Translations under genes and position numbers: made by a program
Part shown: positions 13,971 to 26,686 of the stretch, in pieces
How positions within the stretch are numbered: position 1 is the first letter of the stretch
How the letters are laid out: every line of letters starts with the position of its first letter
Notes under the pieces: model-generated
Database searches by the model: none
What the model saw: only the letters and a program-made list of their open reading frames with translations
Told to the model about the DNA's origin: nothing
Origin: Callorhinchus milii
Taxonomy: Eukaryota
Direction of reading: 5' to 3'
Assembly: GCF_018977255.1 (NCBI RefSeq)
Contig: NW_024704742.1
Location: 79,734,001 to 79,798,000, forward strand
DNA: 64,000 bases

Positions 13971-14120
13971 AAGAGCAGTTGTCAGTGTCCTGTGTGCTAA
14001 GTACACCCACAGCAAGCAATATCAGCAACAACCTGAGCATATAGTTCTTCCCATTATAACTTGGAGTTTGATCAGTGCAAATGATAGAGTAATAGGGGAT
14101 AGGGTGTCCTACTATATATA
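13971..14120 (-). promoter_or_regulatory. Candidate intronic TATA promoter plus signal-peptide-like first exon (MLRLLLILLAVGVLSTQDTDNCS)
   Basis: TATATATA at 14113-14120, ATG at 14040, basic then hydrophobic N-terminus; possible donors GTGGGT (after 14011) and GCGAGT (after 13971). Confidence 0.35.
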
Positions 14121-14419
14121 TGCCTGTTGTAAAATAAATCCTGGTTACAGCAGCATTGAAGTGCATAAAGCCAGAAAAGACAATTGTTGTCTCATATCCT
14201 AAGTAAGATCATTTGGACACCACTTCCGTCACTGACCACTCGATTGAGTAGCCAAGATTCATACACCAAGGTCCCATAAATAGCCTTGAAGAGAACGATC
14301 AACCTATCTGGAGGATTGGTGGCTAGAAAACTCAAAGAAATCCCTTTTGCTTTTCACAGGGTGTCATGGAACCTTTAAGGGCTACTTGAACAAACAGATG
14401 AGATTGTGATTAATCCGGA

Positions 14420-15130
14420 ACTTTGGTGTCTTGTTCGACCATCAACGGGGTTCAAAAGACTGCCCGCCTCCACCACTGCCTCTCCACTCAGGCTGCCGAG
14501 ACCCTCATCCATACCTTCATTATGTCCAGGCTTCACTATCTGCTTGTTGGATTTCTCAATTCTTCTCTCCACGAGCTGCAGATTATTCAGAACTGTGCAA
14601 CTCATGTTCTCTCCTGCACTAAGCTCCATGAGCCAATCGCCTCCATCCTCATCCAGTTTCACTGTCTCCCTTTCCCCAGTGGATTGAGTTCAAGATCCTC
14701 TTCCTCACTTGTAAAACCTTCTTGGTCTTGCTCTTCCCTACCTCTGCGACCTACAAATATGTTACCAACCTGTCACTCCCTCTGTTCGGCAGACACTGAC
14801 CTGCTTCATGTCCCTCGTCCTGCCCATTCCACCATCGGCGTTCAGGCCTTCAACCTTTCTGCCTCCAGCTTCTGGAAAACCACATCCTAGAGCTCCTCTG
14901 CCTCGCCACCTCCCTTGCCTCCTTCATGACCTTTCTCAAGATCTTGCTTTTTGACTGCGCCTTCAGTCATCCTCCCACCTCCACCCCCATTGACTTCCAC
15001 CACCCTCCTTGCCTTCCACCCTCTTGACCCCAAACCCCAGCTCAGATGCAAACTCTTTACTATCCAGTACCTCGGGACTTCTTCCTGCTTTAATAGGCAC
15101 CAAATAAACACAATTTGTTTTTGCTGTTGT
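14420..15130 (+). mobile_element. L2-clade LINE 3' fragment
   Basis: Degenerate 'ETLIHTFIMSRLHY...LQIIQN'. Confidence 0.88.
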
Positions 15131-15592
15131 AATATGTCATCCTAAGGATGGGATAAAACAATGCAAAATTCCTCCACCATGGCTCTGGAGCATCAGCCTA
15201 GACTGTGAGCTGAAAAAACAAATACAGGGCTTGAACCCACAACCTTCTGACTGGAGAGGGAGGGCTTCCAATTGAGTCAAGTTATTAGGGCTGTATTCCT
15301 GGATGATTTGCCAAACATTTTATTAATGGCATTAGAAAAGCTATTAGCAAGCCATTATTAGTCACTTGAGAAACAAACATTCATGCCAAGAACATGAGAA
15401 GTGCATTGCAAAAACATACACAAACACTTGGCTCTTCGATGCACTAAATTCCATTGTAAGTTATTTCTTGAGTGGTCTTTTATGATTTTCACTTGTGAAA
15501 GGGTAATATTCTGGAACAGATGGTTTATATTCCATACGCAGAATTATTTTTCACACAGCTCACAGTGTACACTCACGCCTCCCCAACATTAC

Positions 15593-15701
15593 CTCGCATA
15601 AATGACATGTTCTTCCACCAATGCCAGGCTTGCAAGGGCATTTACCAGTTGTGGGCTCACATGTGTGGTTGCTCAGTGTTCCCATTGGTTACAATTGCAT
15701 G
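15593..15701 (-). CDS. Exon 22, LE with 1-nt frameshift: (A)CNCN/x/MGTLSNHTCEPTTGKCPCKPGIGGRTCHLCE
   Basis: ctttgaacag acceptor, GAG|GTAATG donor; 109 nt where 110 is needed for phase 1->0. As given it reads ACNCNQWEH-stop. Confidence 0.88.
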
Positions 15702-16043
15702 CTGTTCAAAGAAAAAGATACGAAAGCTGAGATGGATTCTGACACAGAAGTCACAAAAGATAAGATAAGGCAAATCCTGCATCAGTTTGGTTCAGGGATT
15801 GTAATCTCATCTCTGGGCTAGAAGACTGAGGGTGAGAATTATATATGCAGATCACCAGACTGCACCCACCCATACACAAACATGCGTGCATTTATTGACA
15901 GTGGCAAAGTCAAGTTACATTTAGACAATGAAAATAAGAGTCCACCACCACTTTCTGAAAAAATTTGATCTGTGTCAGACAGCTGTGTGTAAAAAAGTGC
16001 TGTATTGAAAGCCCCACTAAGTGGTCAAATATTAATGACCAAC

Positions 16044-16231
16044 CTTTGCAGTCTCCTTGAAGATTGGCGTTGCCGTACATTCCTGTCACACAGAGCTCGC
16101 AGTGGGACCCCGTGGTATTGAACTCACAGCTCAAGCACTCTCCAGATTTAGAGTCACACTTGTTCGAATTCTCCCAACAGTCACACTCTCTGCACGTGGA
16201 GTTTGTGTCTCGATAAAAGAAGTCTTCACAT
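16044..16231 (-). CDS. Exon 21, LE: (R)CEDFFYRDTNSTCRECDC...GMYGNANLQGDCK
   Basis: ttcccattag acceptor, G|GTTGGT donor, 188 nt, phase 2->1. Confidence 0.93.
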
Positions 16232-17164
16232 CTAATGGGAACAGGAAATGGGGTTTATTTTGATAGTGTTGCCCTGCACAAACTTCCATCTTCACATTGC
16301 AATCCTCAGGCTACTTGCTTTGCGTTTGTGAAATATTAAGTAGTGTTTGCTCTTCAGGGACAAAACTATTTTATTGTGCTACAAAACATAGGGTAAAGTG
16401 TGTGGCATTTCATAAAGTCTTGCACCATTTAATGAGTTGGCTGGATTCAGCAGCGAGGAAGGGNAAAAATTAAAAGAGAGAAATGCAAATGTAACTGGTG
16501 CTCATTCAATCTGTTTGAAAAGAATGAACTTAAGACTCAGCAGCCCAAGAGGAACTTTAAACCTTGCTTAAGGATGGGGTCAATCTGAATACAACTTCCA
16601 AAAATCAATTCCACACAATTATAGTGATGGTTTTCAGCATTATTTGAGAATCTGAGGAGAAGGTAAGTGTGAAGAAGCCAAAGAATATGATCATCAGCAC
16701 ACGTGCTTGATAGGCGATTTCAAGCATTTGTGTTGAGCTCAAACTGCTGAGCTCTCAAAGATCGCTTCCTGGTGGTTCGCTTGATGAACACACATCTACA
16801 ATGACGTGCGTTTATAAAAAAACCTTTTTGTAAGATAATGCCCCTGAAACACACAGCCACTCCAACTTAGAGTATGTCTTGTCAAGTTCTGTGAGGCACA
16901 CTTCTGATGTGAAAGGCACTATACCAAATGTAAGGATTATTATTTATCATCATTATTATAATGTCTCAGAGCACCGGATATCATCTCAGAGGACTGGGTC
17001 AAGTAACGTTTAAGAGAGAATTAGACAATATTTTAAAAAGCAACGCTAACAATGGGTATAAGGAGACAACAGCTAAACACTTAGCTCTTACAGAGAGCCA
17101 AATGGCTTCCCTGAATGCTGAATAGATTCTACAATTTCTATGATTCTAATCCACTAGCATTCAA

Positions 17165-17925
17165 TAACAACAACAACAAAATTACATTTATAGAGCTCCT
17201 TTCACGTTGGGAGGATGTCCCAAAGCGCTGAGCAGTCAGGTGTCAGGGCCTGAGGGAAGGGTGGTGTAGGGGTGAGGGAAGGCAGGGAGATGGGAGGGTG
17301 ACCAAATGCACGGTCGAAGAGAAGGGTCTTGAGACCGGCCTCGAAGGAGGCAAGGGAGGAAGCGAGGCAAAGTGACTGTGGGCTGGAGTTCCATAGTGTG
17401 GGGGCAGAGAGGCTGAAAGCCCGGGCACCGATGGTAGGGCAGGTCGGGCGGGAGACATGGAGCAGACCGGAGCCCGATGAACGGAGGGAGTGGGCAGGTT
17501 GGTAGGGAGTCAGCAGGTCAGAGAAGTAGGAGGGAGCAAGGCCATGTATAGCCTTGAAGCTGAGGACAAGGATCTTGAACTCGATCCTCTGAGGGGATGG
17601 GGAGCCAGTGGAGTTGGGCAAGGGTGGGATTGATGGGGTCATGGAGCCTGGTGCGCAAGAGTACACGAGCTGCAGAGTTTTGGATGATCCGCAGTTTGTG
17701 AAGGGAAGAGTTGGGAAGGCCGATGAGGAGGGAGTTCCCGTAACCGAGCCTTGATGTGACGAATGCGGCAGCCTGAGGGATGAGGCAGTGGCGGAGTCTG
17801 GCAATGTTGCGGAGGTGGTGGTAGGCAGTGCCAGTCATGGCGCGGATGTGGAGGAGAAAGGACAGTTCATGGTCAAACAAGATACCCAGGTCCCTGACTG
17901 GCCTAGTGAGGTTGAGTGTGCAGCT
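17165..17925 (-). mobile_element. L2-clade LINE 3' fragment
   Basis: 'LHWLP..RIEFKILVLSFKAIHGLAPSY...LWNS...LKTLLFDRAF'. Confidence 0.92.
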
Positions 17926-18926
17926 TCACTGGCAGATTCACTGCTTCATGAAAACTGAACAGGAAAAATCTGATTAGGAGAAATCATTTTCAACCCTTTT
18001 TTTAAAAAAAAACACGTTGAGATACTTCTCTTCCCTCTTTCTATCTTGCAACAGCTGATGTGTACAGTAGCCATTTTTTAAACACACTTGCTAGCAGGCC
18101 ATTCAACTCTGGAGGCCTGCACAGCAACGCCATGTTTGACATTATCCGCTTGCAGCAGGGGTCACTGAGCAACATGAGTAGGAGCCTAGTCTGATTTGTC
18201 TCTGTACCAAGAACCCTGAAACCAACTGAAACATGTCCAACATTTCACCACCTGAGATCACCAGCATAGGCCAGAAATTGAAACCGGTGCCTTCCTAAGA
18301 ACATATGCTCATGTGAGACAAACACTGGAACTTATAATCTAATATTTGTCACATCACAGAAAATCCCACTCTTGTCAATGTCATATCGTAACACTTCCCA
18401 CCACTTCTTTTCCCTTATCTTTGACCTGTGCGCAATTTAAGTGGCAGTTCCTGTGAAACCTTTTTGTTGATAGCTCAAAAAAAACTGAAGCAAGTAGCCC
18501 AGAAATGGCAGTCAAATGGCACATTCCACGGGCTGTGAATCTAATGGTAGCCACAAGAGGCTTCAGGCCCAACCCTTTTACCAAAATTGAGGGAGGGTGG
18601 GCGGAGAGAGAGGGGCAACTGCAGACATCAACAGAGCAACATTTCCCATGGTTCTAAGGTGTGACAAATACTGATTATCTTCAGCCCATATGTTGCCAAT
18701 TCTTACATGAATTTGACGGCTACAGGATACATTTGCAATATTTCATAATAGATTAAGTCAGTGACAAAGCATGCCAGGAAATTTAATCCCAGCGTAAAAT
18801 CTTGATAGGTTCAAAACTGATTTATGAAATTAACCAAATGTCAATGTTCCCTGCAGCGAGATGACTGCCCCTGATAAGCACTCAACCAATATCATTAAAT
18901 GATTACTGTGTGTCTCCAGTAATCAC

Positions 18927-19107
18927 CTGTCACACAGTGGGCCAGTGTAACCATCAGAGCAGTTCATGCAAGTCAGCTTCCCTTCCATTACATCGCATTC
19001 AGCTGCTGAAGCCTGGGGTGAGCGACAAGGACAAACCAAGCAAGGCTCCTGGAGGCTGGCAGACGAATACCTGAAGAACCCAGGCATGCAGCAGTCACAT
19101 CTGTCTC
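18927..19107 (-). CDS. Exon 20, LE: (G)DRCDCCMPGFF...CSDGYTGPLCD
   Basis: 181 nt, phase 1->2, AG|GTGATT donor. Confidence 0.94.
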
Positions 19108-19512
19108 CTGGAGGAAACACAAAAAGAGCAGAGGAATTATTTATGATAAGGAAATTAAAAGAAAACTCCCGGAGGCACAACATTTCCAGATGGTCTACCC
19201 CATAAAACCATTGTCTTAACATTTAACATTCCACAGAACTTTGGAAAATGTTTACATTTAGTCTCAAGTTGGAAGCTAATATTAGAAGCTAAATAGAGAA
19301 AACAGATGTTCAAATTAGCAATGAATTTATGATTTTTTTTTAATGGTCCTGCATGGTCTTAAATTCTCAGAGACTTTAGGTTGCGAACTTAAATTTAAAG
19401 GCCATAGTCGGAGCTTAATGGGAATAAGACAAGAGATTTAACTTTAACCAAAACTTGCATAATTCTCTTACTGCTGGGGACTGTCATGTTTATGATGGTT
19501 AAGTGGTTTTAC

Positions 19513-19654
19513 CCGCAGTGTTATTTGCACAGTCTAAACACCTTCCTGTGTTTGATTCACACATTAATGAGTGACCGTGACACTTGCAAGGGACACAGGA
19601 GTTTCTTGGTTCTCGGTCACCGGGTTCAGCCTTGTAGTATCCTGTTGCACACAT
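19513..19654 (-). CDS. Exon 19, [12 protein letters not shown]...[10 protein letters not shown]...CANNTA
   Basis: tttccgcag acceptor, G|GTAAAA donor, 142 nt, phase 0->1. Confidence 0.94.
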
Positions 19655-20995
19655 CTGCGGAAATGAAAAAGAAAGCAACTGAAACAAAGCTGCTTCGATT
19701 AACATGTTTCAGCCTCCACTGGCTGCCAAGCCCACTGCAATACAGTTGTTTAACTTTGCTATATTTGCACAAGAAATAGGCTACTCGATTGTTTAAGAAA
19801 TATTTATTAAAAGTTGCAATGGAGAAATAGCATAATACAAGGAAACCCTGCTTAAGCACCTTTCAATATAGGATTGCCTGAGTTATACAATTCCAGTAAA
19901 ATTTACACCTATTTTGTGCCTTTACATCAAATAGGATGTCTCAAAGTGCTTGATAATTCTGGCTGGGTATCCGAGCTACGGGTGGGAACCCAATGGGGTG
20001 GGGAGCGGAAAGATAACCGAAAGCGCAGTCAAAGAGGTATGTTTTGAAAAGGAAGGTACTCTGAGATCAGGGCAGAATCGCTGAAAGCCTGCCTGATTGA
20101 TGGTGGGGCAGATAAGGTAGGGGACATGAAGTGTTTGTTAAGCAAAGGGAGCAGCCAAGATGGTGTGGTTGAAGGAGAATGGGACAAGACAATGGAGGGA
20201 TTTAAAGCTGAGAAAAATGATCTTGAAATTGATCTGCTGAGGGCTAGGGAACCAGTAGAGCTGAGCGAGGATGGGGGGGTTGGGGTGGGGGAGTGATACG
20301 CTCATTGAGCCTGATAAAGGAGAGGACACAGGCTGCCAGAATTCTTGGTAATCTGCAACCTGTGTTGGGAAGAGCTGGAGAGTCCAGTGATCAGATCATG
20401 CAGTCCAGGCTGAACATGCTGAAAGCGTGGAAGAGCATCTCAGCAGCCCGAGAAAAGAGGTAGTAGCGGAAACGGGCAATGTGTATTATGCATCTGCTCT
20501 AACCAGAAACATGGTTCTACCCAGCTTCTACCCAGCTTGCTGCACTGACTAAAACATTAGAAAATTTAAAAAGAGAAACACTAATCCAAATAATATGTAG
20601 TGAAGAGTAACTTTTGACCAGGAATAAAGCAGAAATATGCTATGTTAAGAGCAAGCAAAGTGCAGGAGCAAACGTGGTTTATCTACATCCCATCAAACCT
20701 CACGTGCACAGGGGAAAGTCAGGTTTTCAACCAACAGCTCTGTTTGAGTCAAATTGCCACTAAACAACCTATTTCAAAACTGCAGAGAGGATATCCAGTT
20801 TTTATGAAATTGGGAAGTGGGAAAAACATTCAAAGGATCTTACATGTCCAGCTAAATCACTTTTGTGTAAGAACAACTCCACATACATGGGCAGTGGAAT
20901 ATATATGTTTGAACACATTAGTGAGGACTTATCTTCATATCAAAAAAACAGACTCAAGAGATGTTCCACTCCATAAACAGCCCTGCATTTAGTGT

Positions 20996-21230
20996 CACTC
21001 AGCAGGTCAGGCAGCATCTATGGAGAAAGGAAAGTGAGTCAATGTTTCGGATCTATGACCCTTTGTTAGAACTGTTCTGATGTAGAGCTGTTCTGACGAA
21101 GGGTCATGGAGCCGAAACGTTGACTAACCTTACTTTCTCCATAGATGCTACCTGACCTGTTGAGTGTTCCCAGCGACTTCTGTTTTTGTTTCAGATTTCC
21201 AGCATCTGCAGTATTTTGCATTTTGTTTCT
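20996..21230. mobile_element. Penelope-like inverted terminal repeat remnant with minimal hammerhead motif
   Basis: Imperfect inverted repeat 20996-21166; CTGACGA (21093-21099), short stem, GAAACGTT (21114-21121). Confidence 0.72.
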
Positions 21231-21941
21231 TGCATTTAATGTATTGTGTTAATATTAAATACAGGACTGATACATCAACAGTAGGAATCCTCCCTTCAAG
21301 GCAAGTCAAATATTTTGTACAAACTTCCAAGTATACTGTCATTGCTCCAGCCAAGGGATAACACAATCAGGTTTAAATTCCATTAAGAAATTTTAAACCA
21401 AACAAACTCACTTGGCCTAAATCAGTCATCCATTTGGATGATTTATTTCACCCCCAAGCTATGTTAAATTTAAGGACCTTGCTGTATGCAAATTGACTGC
21501 CGCTTTTACCCATAAAAACAATATGACTCCACTTTACAAGATGTCCTGTGAAGAGCTTTGGGATGTCCTCCTGATGTGAAAGGTGCTATTCCAATTATAA
21601 GGATTATTTTTATTGAATTTAAATACAAGCAAATACTAGCAAACATGGAGAAGCAACATAACATATAGGAGCGGAAAATGGGACATGCCACATATTATTA
21701 TCATATTGTGCAAAATTGCATTCTAGCCATTCGATAATTGTTAGCCGGTTATCAACAATGGGCATGAACACCTCCCATTTTAGTCCGATTTTTAACTAAG
21801 TCATTGTATTGCAGTTGGTAGGTGGTCAGATGGTGGTGGTGGGGGGAGGGGGGATGGTCACACACAGCGTTGATTAATATAGTATTGTATGGTTTGACTA
21901 CATTTTACTCTAAACTTAATGGCAAAATTGAAGATTCTGAC

Positions 21942-22056
21942 CTCACAGGATAATCCACCGTAGGAGGGTCCACAGGAACACATTTCAACAGCAAGATCCC
22001 GGTCATTCCCTTTGTCTGATCCAGCAACGGCAACTGTATAGGAGGCTTCATAAAGA
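21942..22056 (-). CDS. Exon 18, L4 end + LE: (I)LYEASYTVAV...AVEMCSCGPSYGGLSCE
   Basis: 115 nt, phase 2->0; 'VE.C.C...Y.GLSCE' motif follows L4. Confidence 0.94.
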
Positions 22057-23619
22057 CTGTATACAAAATAATATGGCATGACCATATCTATTAGTACTTT
22101 ATTAATCGTTATTGAGACAAATTGTAATCATTAGAGTGTTTTGCCTTGCTTCATCTTATTAGTATCTTCCTGACAAACACCAGAATATTAATTGCCACAT
22201 ACCCCAGTTTCAATGTTGTTTTCTTTGACCCTGAACTCTTGTTACTGCGCTGCAAAAACTCAACTGCTAAAAGCAAAATGCAACAACTCACAACAGAAAT
22301 ACACAGATCAAATATATATTAACGCTATATTGCAAAATTTAAACTCCTCACTTGAACATTCCATCATTAAACTGTTAACCAAAGTGATCATTCCTAGTGC
22401 AAAATGAGCAAGAATAATCATGTTGACATAAACCACTTTTTCAACTTTTTTTCACTGAAATACATATCTGTGGTGTAGACTACACAATCATATGAATAAA
22501 TTTGGGCTTGAAGACCTATCCTTTACAAAGTGCTTTCTATCACCTCTCCCCACTCCCAATTCAGTTCAGAGTTTTGAAAGGTCCTCCCCACATGAGTGGT
22601 GCTATATAGATATAAAGTGATTTGGATGTTATTAAGAATGCTCTGTGTATAAGCCATGTGTAAGGCAAGTTTAAAGGCATGTGCGTGTGTAAACAAGGTA
22701 TGCGTAGGGGATTAAGGTGTCCTTAATTATATAATTAACAACCAACAAAACTATTACATAATTAATAAATTATTTTACGACGTTCACATATTAAACCCAA
22801 CTATCTACGGTTGCCAATGAAAAATGGTCACTTGGACAAAATACCAGATAGTGGCCAGTGTCTGTATTTATTCCAGCTAGGACTAACACATTCACAACAG
22901 GAAGTTAGGATGCAAAGGATTGAAAAATAAACTGAAAATCCCCCACTCAAATGCTAAAATCATTCCCAGTGTTTTCTTGCATTTTTAAATACTGAATATA
23001 TTCAGAAAATAGCAGGTTGTAAGGCTTGGCAGTAATTAAGCTGGTTTGAACAGAATTTGATGTCCCCATTACCTCTCTGCTCCTTGAACCACGGTATTGG
23101 GAAGTGTTACAAGTTTAATTGAGCCACTTATGGTGCAGCACAGATGAGGAGTCAAACAGAGATCTCAATCAGGCTTTATACAACACAGAAGAACTCAAAT
23201 TTTCTGATTCTGATTTTAAAATTGCAAGTGGGGAAGAGAAGGGGGAAGAATTTTCACTGCAGCCTGACATTTGCAAAACTTTGTTTGCATTATTGAAGGA
23301 AGCAGGAAGGCGAGTCATTATAAATGAACATGGCTATAAATCCACTAAACAAATCAGAATCAGAATCTGACATACTATACGTAGATGAGTTTCTCATCCA
23401 TCCAGGGCTCTTAAGAGATTGCTCTTCACTTTGGAGACTCACATTTCCTCAGAATTCATAGCTTTTAATGGTGTATTGACAGCTGCAAAAGTTTACCAAA
23501 ATTAGCTTCTACAAATAATTTAATGGGTTAAGTATATTTAGTGTAAGTGCTGTGTTGAGTGCCATGGATTTTCTAAAGCATGAATAACCGCCCTTCCCCA
23601 GCCTACTCCAAATCATCAC

Positions 23620-23890
23620 ACAGCCTATCATATCCATTACTATGTTGTGCAGTATATACCTTTCCCTTAGGACTAAGATGTTTTAACATTGATACTTATT
23701 TAAGTTATTGCACCATTGTATCCTTCATAGAAGTGCAGTGTAAGATCACAAGAGAGGTTCAGATGAAGTACTCCTTTTGCTCCATTTGATCGCATCTTTC
23801 TAGAATACTCACCCTCTCGTCCTACCATGACAGCATCAAGCTGTTTCTTAAATGAGGCCCCATCATTCTCCTTGGCACACCATTCCACAT
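23620..23890 (-). mobile_element. CR1-clade LINE 3' remnant
   Basis: 'SFKKQLDAVM' ORF2 end. Confidence 0.65.
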
Positions 23891-23992
23891 TTCACTTAAC
23901 CTCTGTGTTTATTCAATTCAGAGTACTTATAAATCCTTAGATTTGTGTTTGAAAGAGAATAAGGTGGAAAATGTAATTACACTTAAACTTAC

Positions 23993-24198
23993 ATCGTTTG
24001 TGTCTCTTTCCAAGAAAATAAAGCAGGGATAAAGATATCCGTCACATTGGATAGAACTAAGAGAAAGTCCTGGCGGGTTACAGGCCGATCAGTTATCTGA
24101 TGCATCCAGAACCACTCATACAAAGGGAAAGCAATCACTTCTTTCTGTCCTTTGCACTGAATTGATCCAATGTTATGCTTCAGTTTCTCACCAGATCC
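23993..24198 (-). CDS. Exon 17, L4: GSGEKLKH...WMHQITDRPVTRQDFLLVLSNVTDIFIPALFSWKETQT
   Basis: 206 nt, phase 0->2, GTAAGT donor; L4 motif 'PVTR.DF..VL.N...I.I.A'. Confidence 0.92.
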
Positions 24199-24769
24199 CT
24201 ATTTTTGGAGGGAAAATATATGAATATAAAACATAATTACTGAAATGCAATTTAGCCAATGTCAATCAGCACTAAAATGTGACTGCAAGTGCAATTGAAT
24301 TGAATGCCCCTCATCACTTGAGAATCTGTCAATCATTCTCCAGGATTTTTCATATATTATTTATTTTCAGATTATGATTTTTTAAATTCAGACTAACTTC
24401 AAACCTATTATCAAATGGCAAATTTATGTTTTCCAATAATCAATAAATTTACTCACTCTTCTTAGCATTTCAGAGCATCCAGAATTTTTCAAATTGTTGA
24501 ATTCAATTGAACCTTTGCAGCTCTATTTTTGATTCTTAAAAGAACTTACAGAAAACCAGTTTCAACATTAAGACTTTTTAATCTTGGACTTTCTTTAAGC
24601 ACTCTGGAATACTATCCTGCATGAAATATTACATAATGAGAGTAATTCTAGACTGAGCTGGAATTGCTACCTCCAAGTCTTCTACCGAACCTAAAATGAA
24701 TGTATTACAAAGAATCATAACTTATTTTAAAATGATATTATAATCATTAAAATGCCATGGAAATGTGAG

Positions 24770-24835
24770 AGAGAGCATGAAAGCGAGAGAGAGAAAGAGA
24801 GTGCATGCATGCGTGTGCATGTGTATAAGAGAGAT
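24770..24835. repeat. Imperfect (GA)n/(TG)n microsatellite
   Basis: Directly visible. Confidence 0.7.
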
Positions 24836-25230
24836 CATTTTCATTAAATCAAAGTGTTAACAACACTCTGGAAAATGAGCCTGATAATGTTTGGAAGCTA
24901 ACTTGATTAACATGTAAAGTTGAAATAACAAGATTGCTGATGCCTCTGTGGTTAATGACTGTATCTGTACAGATGTTAATTCAGCTGCCTCGAACAGTCA
25001 AGCCTCAATACTTCCTTCAAGCCAGCTCCCCCGATAATGTCACCAGAGCTCACTGTTCAAATGAATTACTCAAAAAAGACATTAAAAGAAAGCAAAACAC
25101 CAAAAATCATTTGACTTTTAAAACAGCTCCAACACTGAAATGCAAAGTGTCTATTTCAAATGCAATGGATTTCATCCAGGATCGAAAATCTACTGTTCAG
25201 AGTCAAAAGTAATTCAGATTTCATCGGTAC

Positions 25231-25488
25231 CTCTAGCAATGTCACTGCCATTGATGTTGAGTTTTCTCCACTACAGCTCACAGTGCAGCTAACTCTTGTT
25301 CCATAGAGATTCAGGAGATTTCCCACGAGAGCTGATGGTCTCCAGAAGACCTCAGACTGCACACTGTGGGATAACAGCCTCAAAGTGTTCCTGACAGCAG
25401 TCAGTTTGCTGACACTTTGGCACAAGAGGGCTGTAGAGTTCATTTTCTGCCATAGTTGCCAGTTACTCTCCTGTGCAGGAATCGGCAC
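25231..25488 (-). CDS. Exon 16, L4 (laminin IV type A) domain: VPIPAQESNWQL...EVFWRPSALVGNLLNLYGTRVSCTV...VTLLE
   Basis: ggttttgtag acceptor, GAG|GTACCG donor, 258 nt, phase 0->0; resembles the L4 'YW..P..FLG....SYGG.L' motif. Confidence 0.88.
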
Positions 25489-26545
25489 CTACAAAACCAA
25501 CAAGGTGAAATTGTCACCCAAACAGTCTACACAAGAAGCTCATTGTGAACATTGTCTATTGGATACTATATCTAAACAGTTACTGTAGGGCCAAATTAAC
25601 CCCAATGGTTGAAACAGTGAAATGAAGTGGGAAAAAGCTTGTTCACATTAATCTTTTCAGTTCTTTAATCATCATTTCCTCAACATGCAAACAGAAACAT
25701 GACTTATTTCAATGGCACATAACTCCAATGCCTGAACTTTACTCTTGGATTTTAACAGAAATGATCAGAGTACTGTTTTGTGGTTCTACTGTCAAAAGTA
25801 TTGGACAAAATCATTTACATAGAATTATATAGAACGTATAGCATGGAAACAGGCCATTAAGATCAACCATTGATGGTGTTTATGCTCACATGAATTTCAA
25901 CCACTCCTAATCCCCTCTTCAATACCCCTCTGTTTACTTCCTTGCTGTGTATGTATCAAGCTTCCTCTTACAAACAATGACGCACTTTGCTTTTCTGGAG
26001 TTTTGTTTCTTAGGTTTGTGATTCAAGATAATCAATACAACAGTTTGTAAGTAGATTGTGTGTGGGAAGATGTGAATGATAGTGTGTATGTTTTACGTGA
26101 TAATGGGAAGAATACATTTGATAAACTGAATGTCTTTTTCTCATTCCATGATTTTGTATGTTCTTACCAGCTGCCGAAGGAAAATAAGTATGTGCATTTT
26201 AAAAAAACATTTTAAAAAATGAGATGCCAGATACATCTATGCAAATATACAGGCTGCTTTACTATTCCTGAAAAATAGAGTAATGCCCTTATTGCTTGTG
26301 CATTTATATACAGTAGAGTGGAAAGCTGGGAGCATTAAATTAAAGGGTTTGACAGATACAATTTAAAATAAAGTTTTGTGACTTTAGGCTCTTATCCTTC
26401 CGTGAGCGATATGACAAACAGAGGCTTTAGGTTTCTGGGGTTAAGATAGAGCAGTGGGACTGAATGAACACCTTGCTCTAAGAGTCAGTGTAGGCCTGAT
26501 GGCCTCCTTTTGTGCTGTAAATTTCAATGATTCTGGATTACATAC

Positions 26546-26686
26546 CCTTTGCAGACTCCCTTTCAGACTAGTGCAGTTTGATGTTATCCCTGAACAGTAA
26601 CATTTCAAACAACCCGAGGGATAGTCTTCATACAGATGAAATGATCCTTGATGGCACTGATTACATTGAGGTCCAGTGACAAGCTC
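26546..26686 (-). CDS. Exon 15, LE + split LE before L4: ELVTGPQCNQC...SGCLKCYCSGITSNCTSLKGSLQR
   Basis: 141 nt, phase 0->0, GTATGT donor; 'GCL.C.C.G....C.S' precedes L4 domains. Confidence 0.94.
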
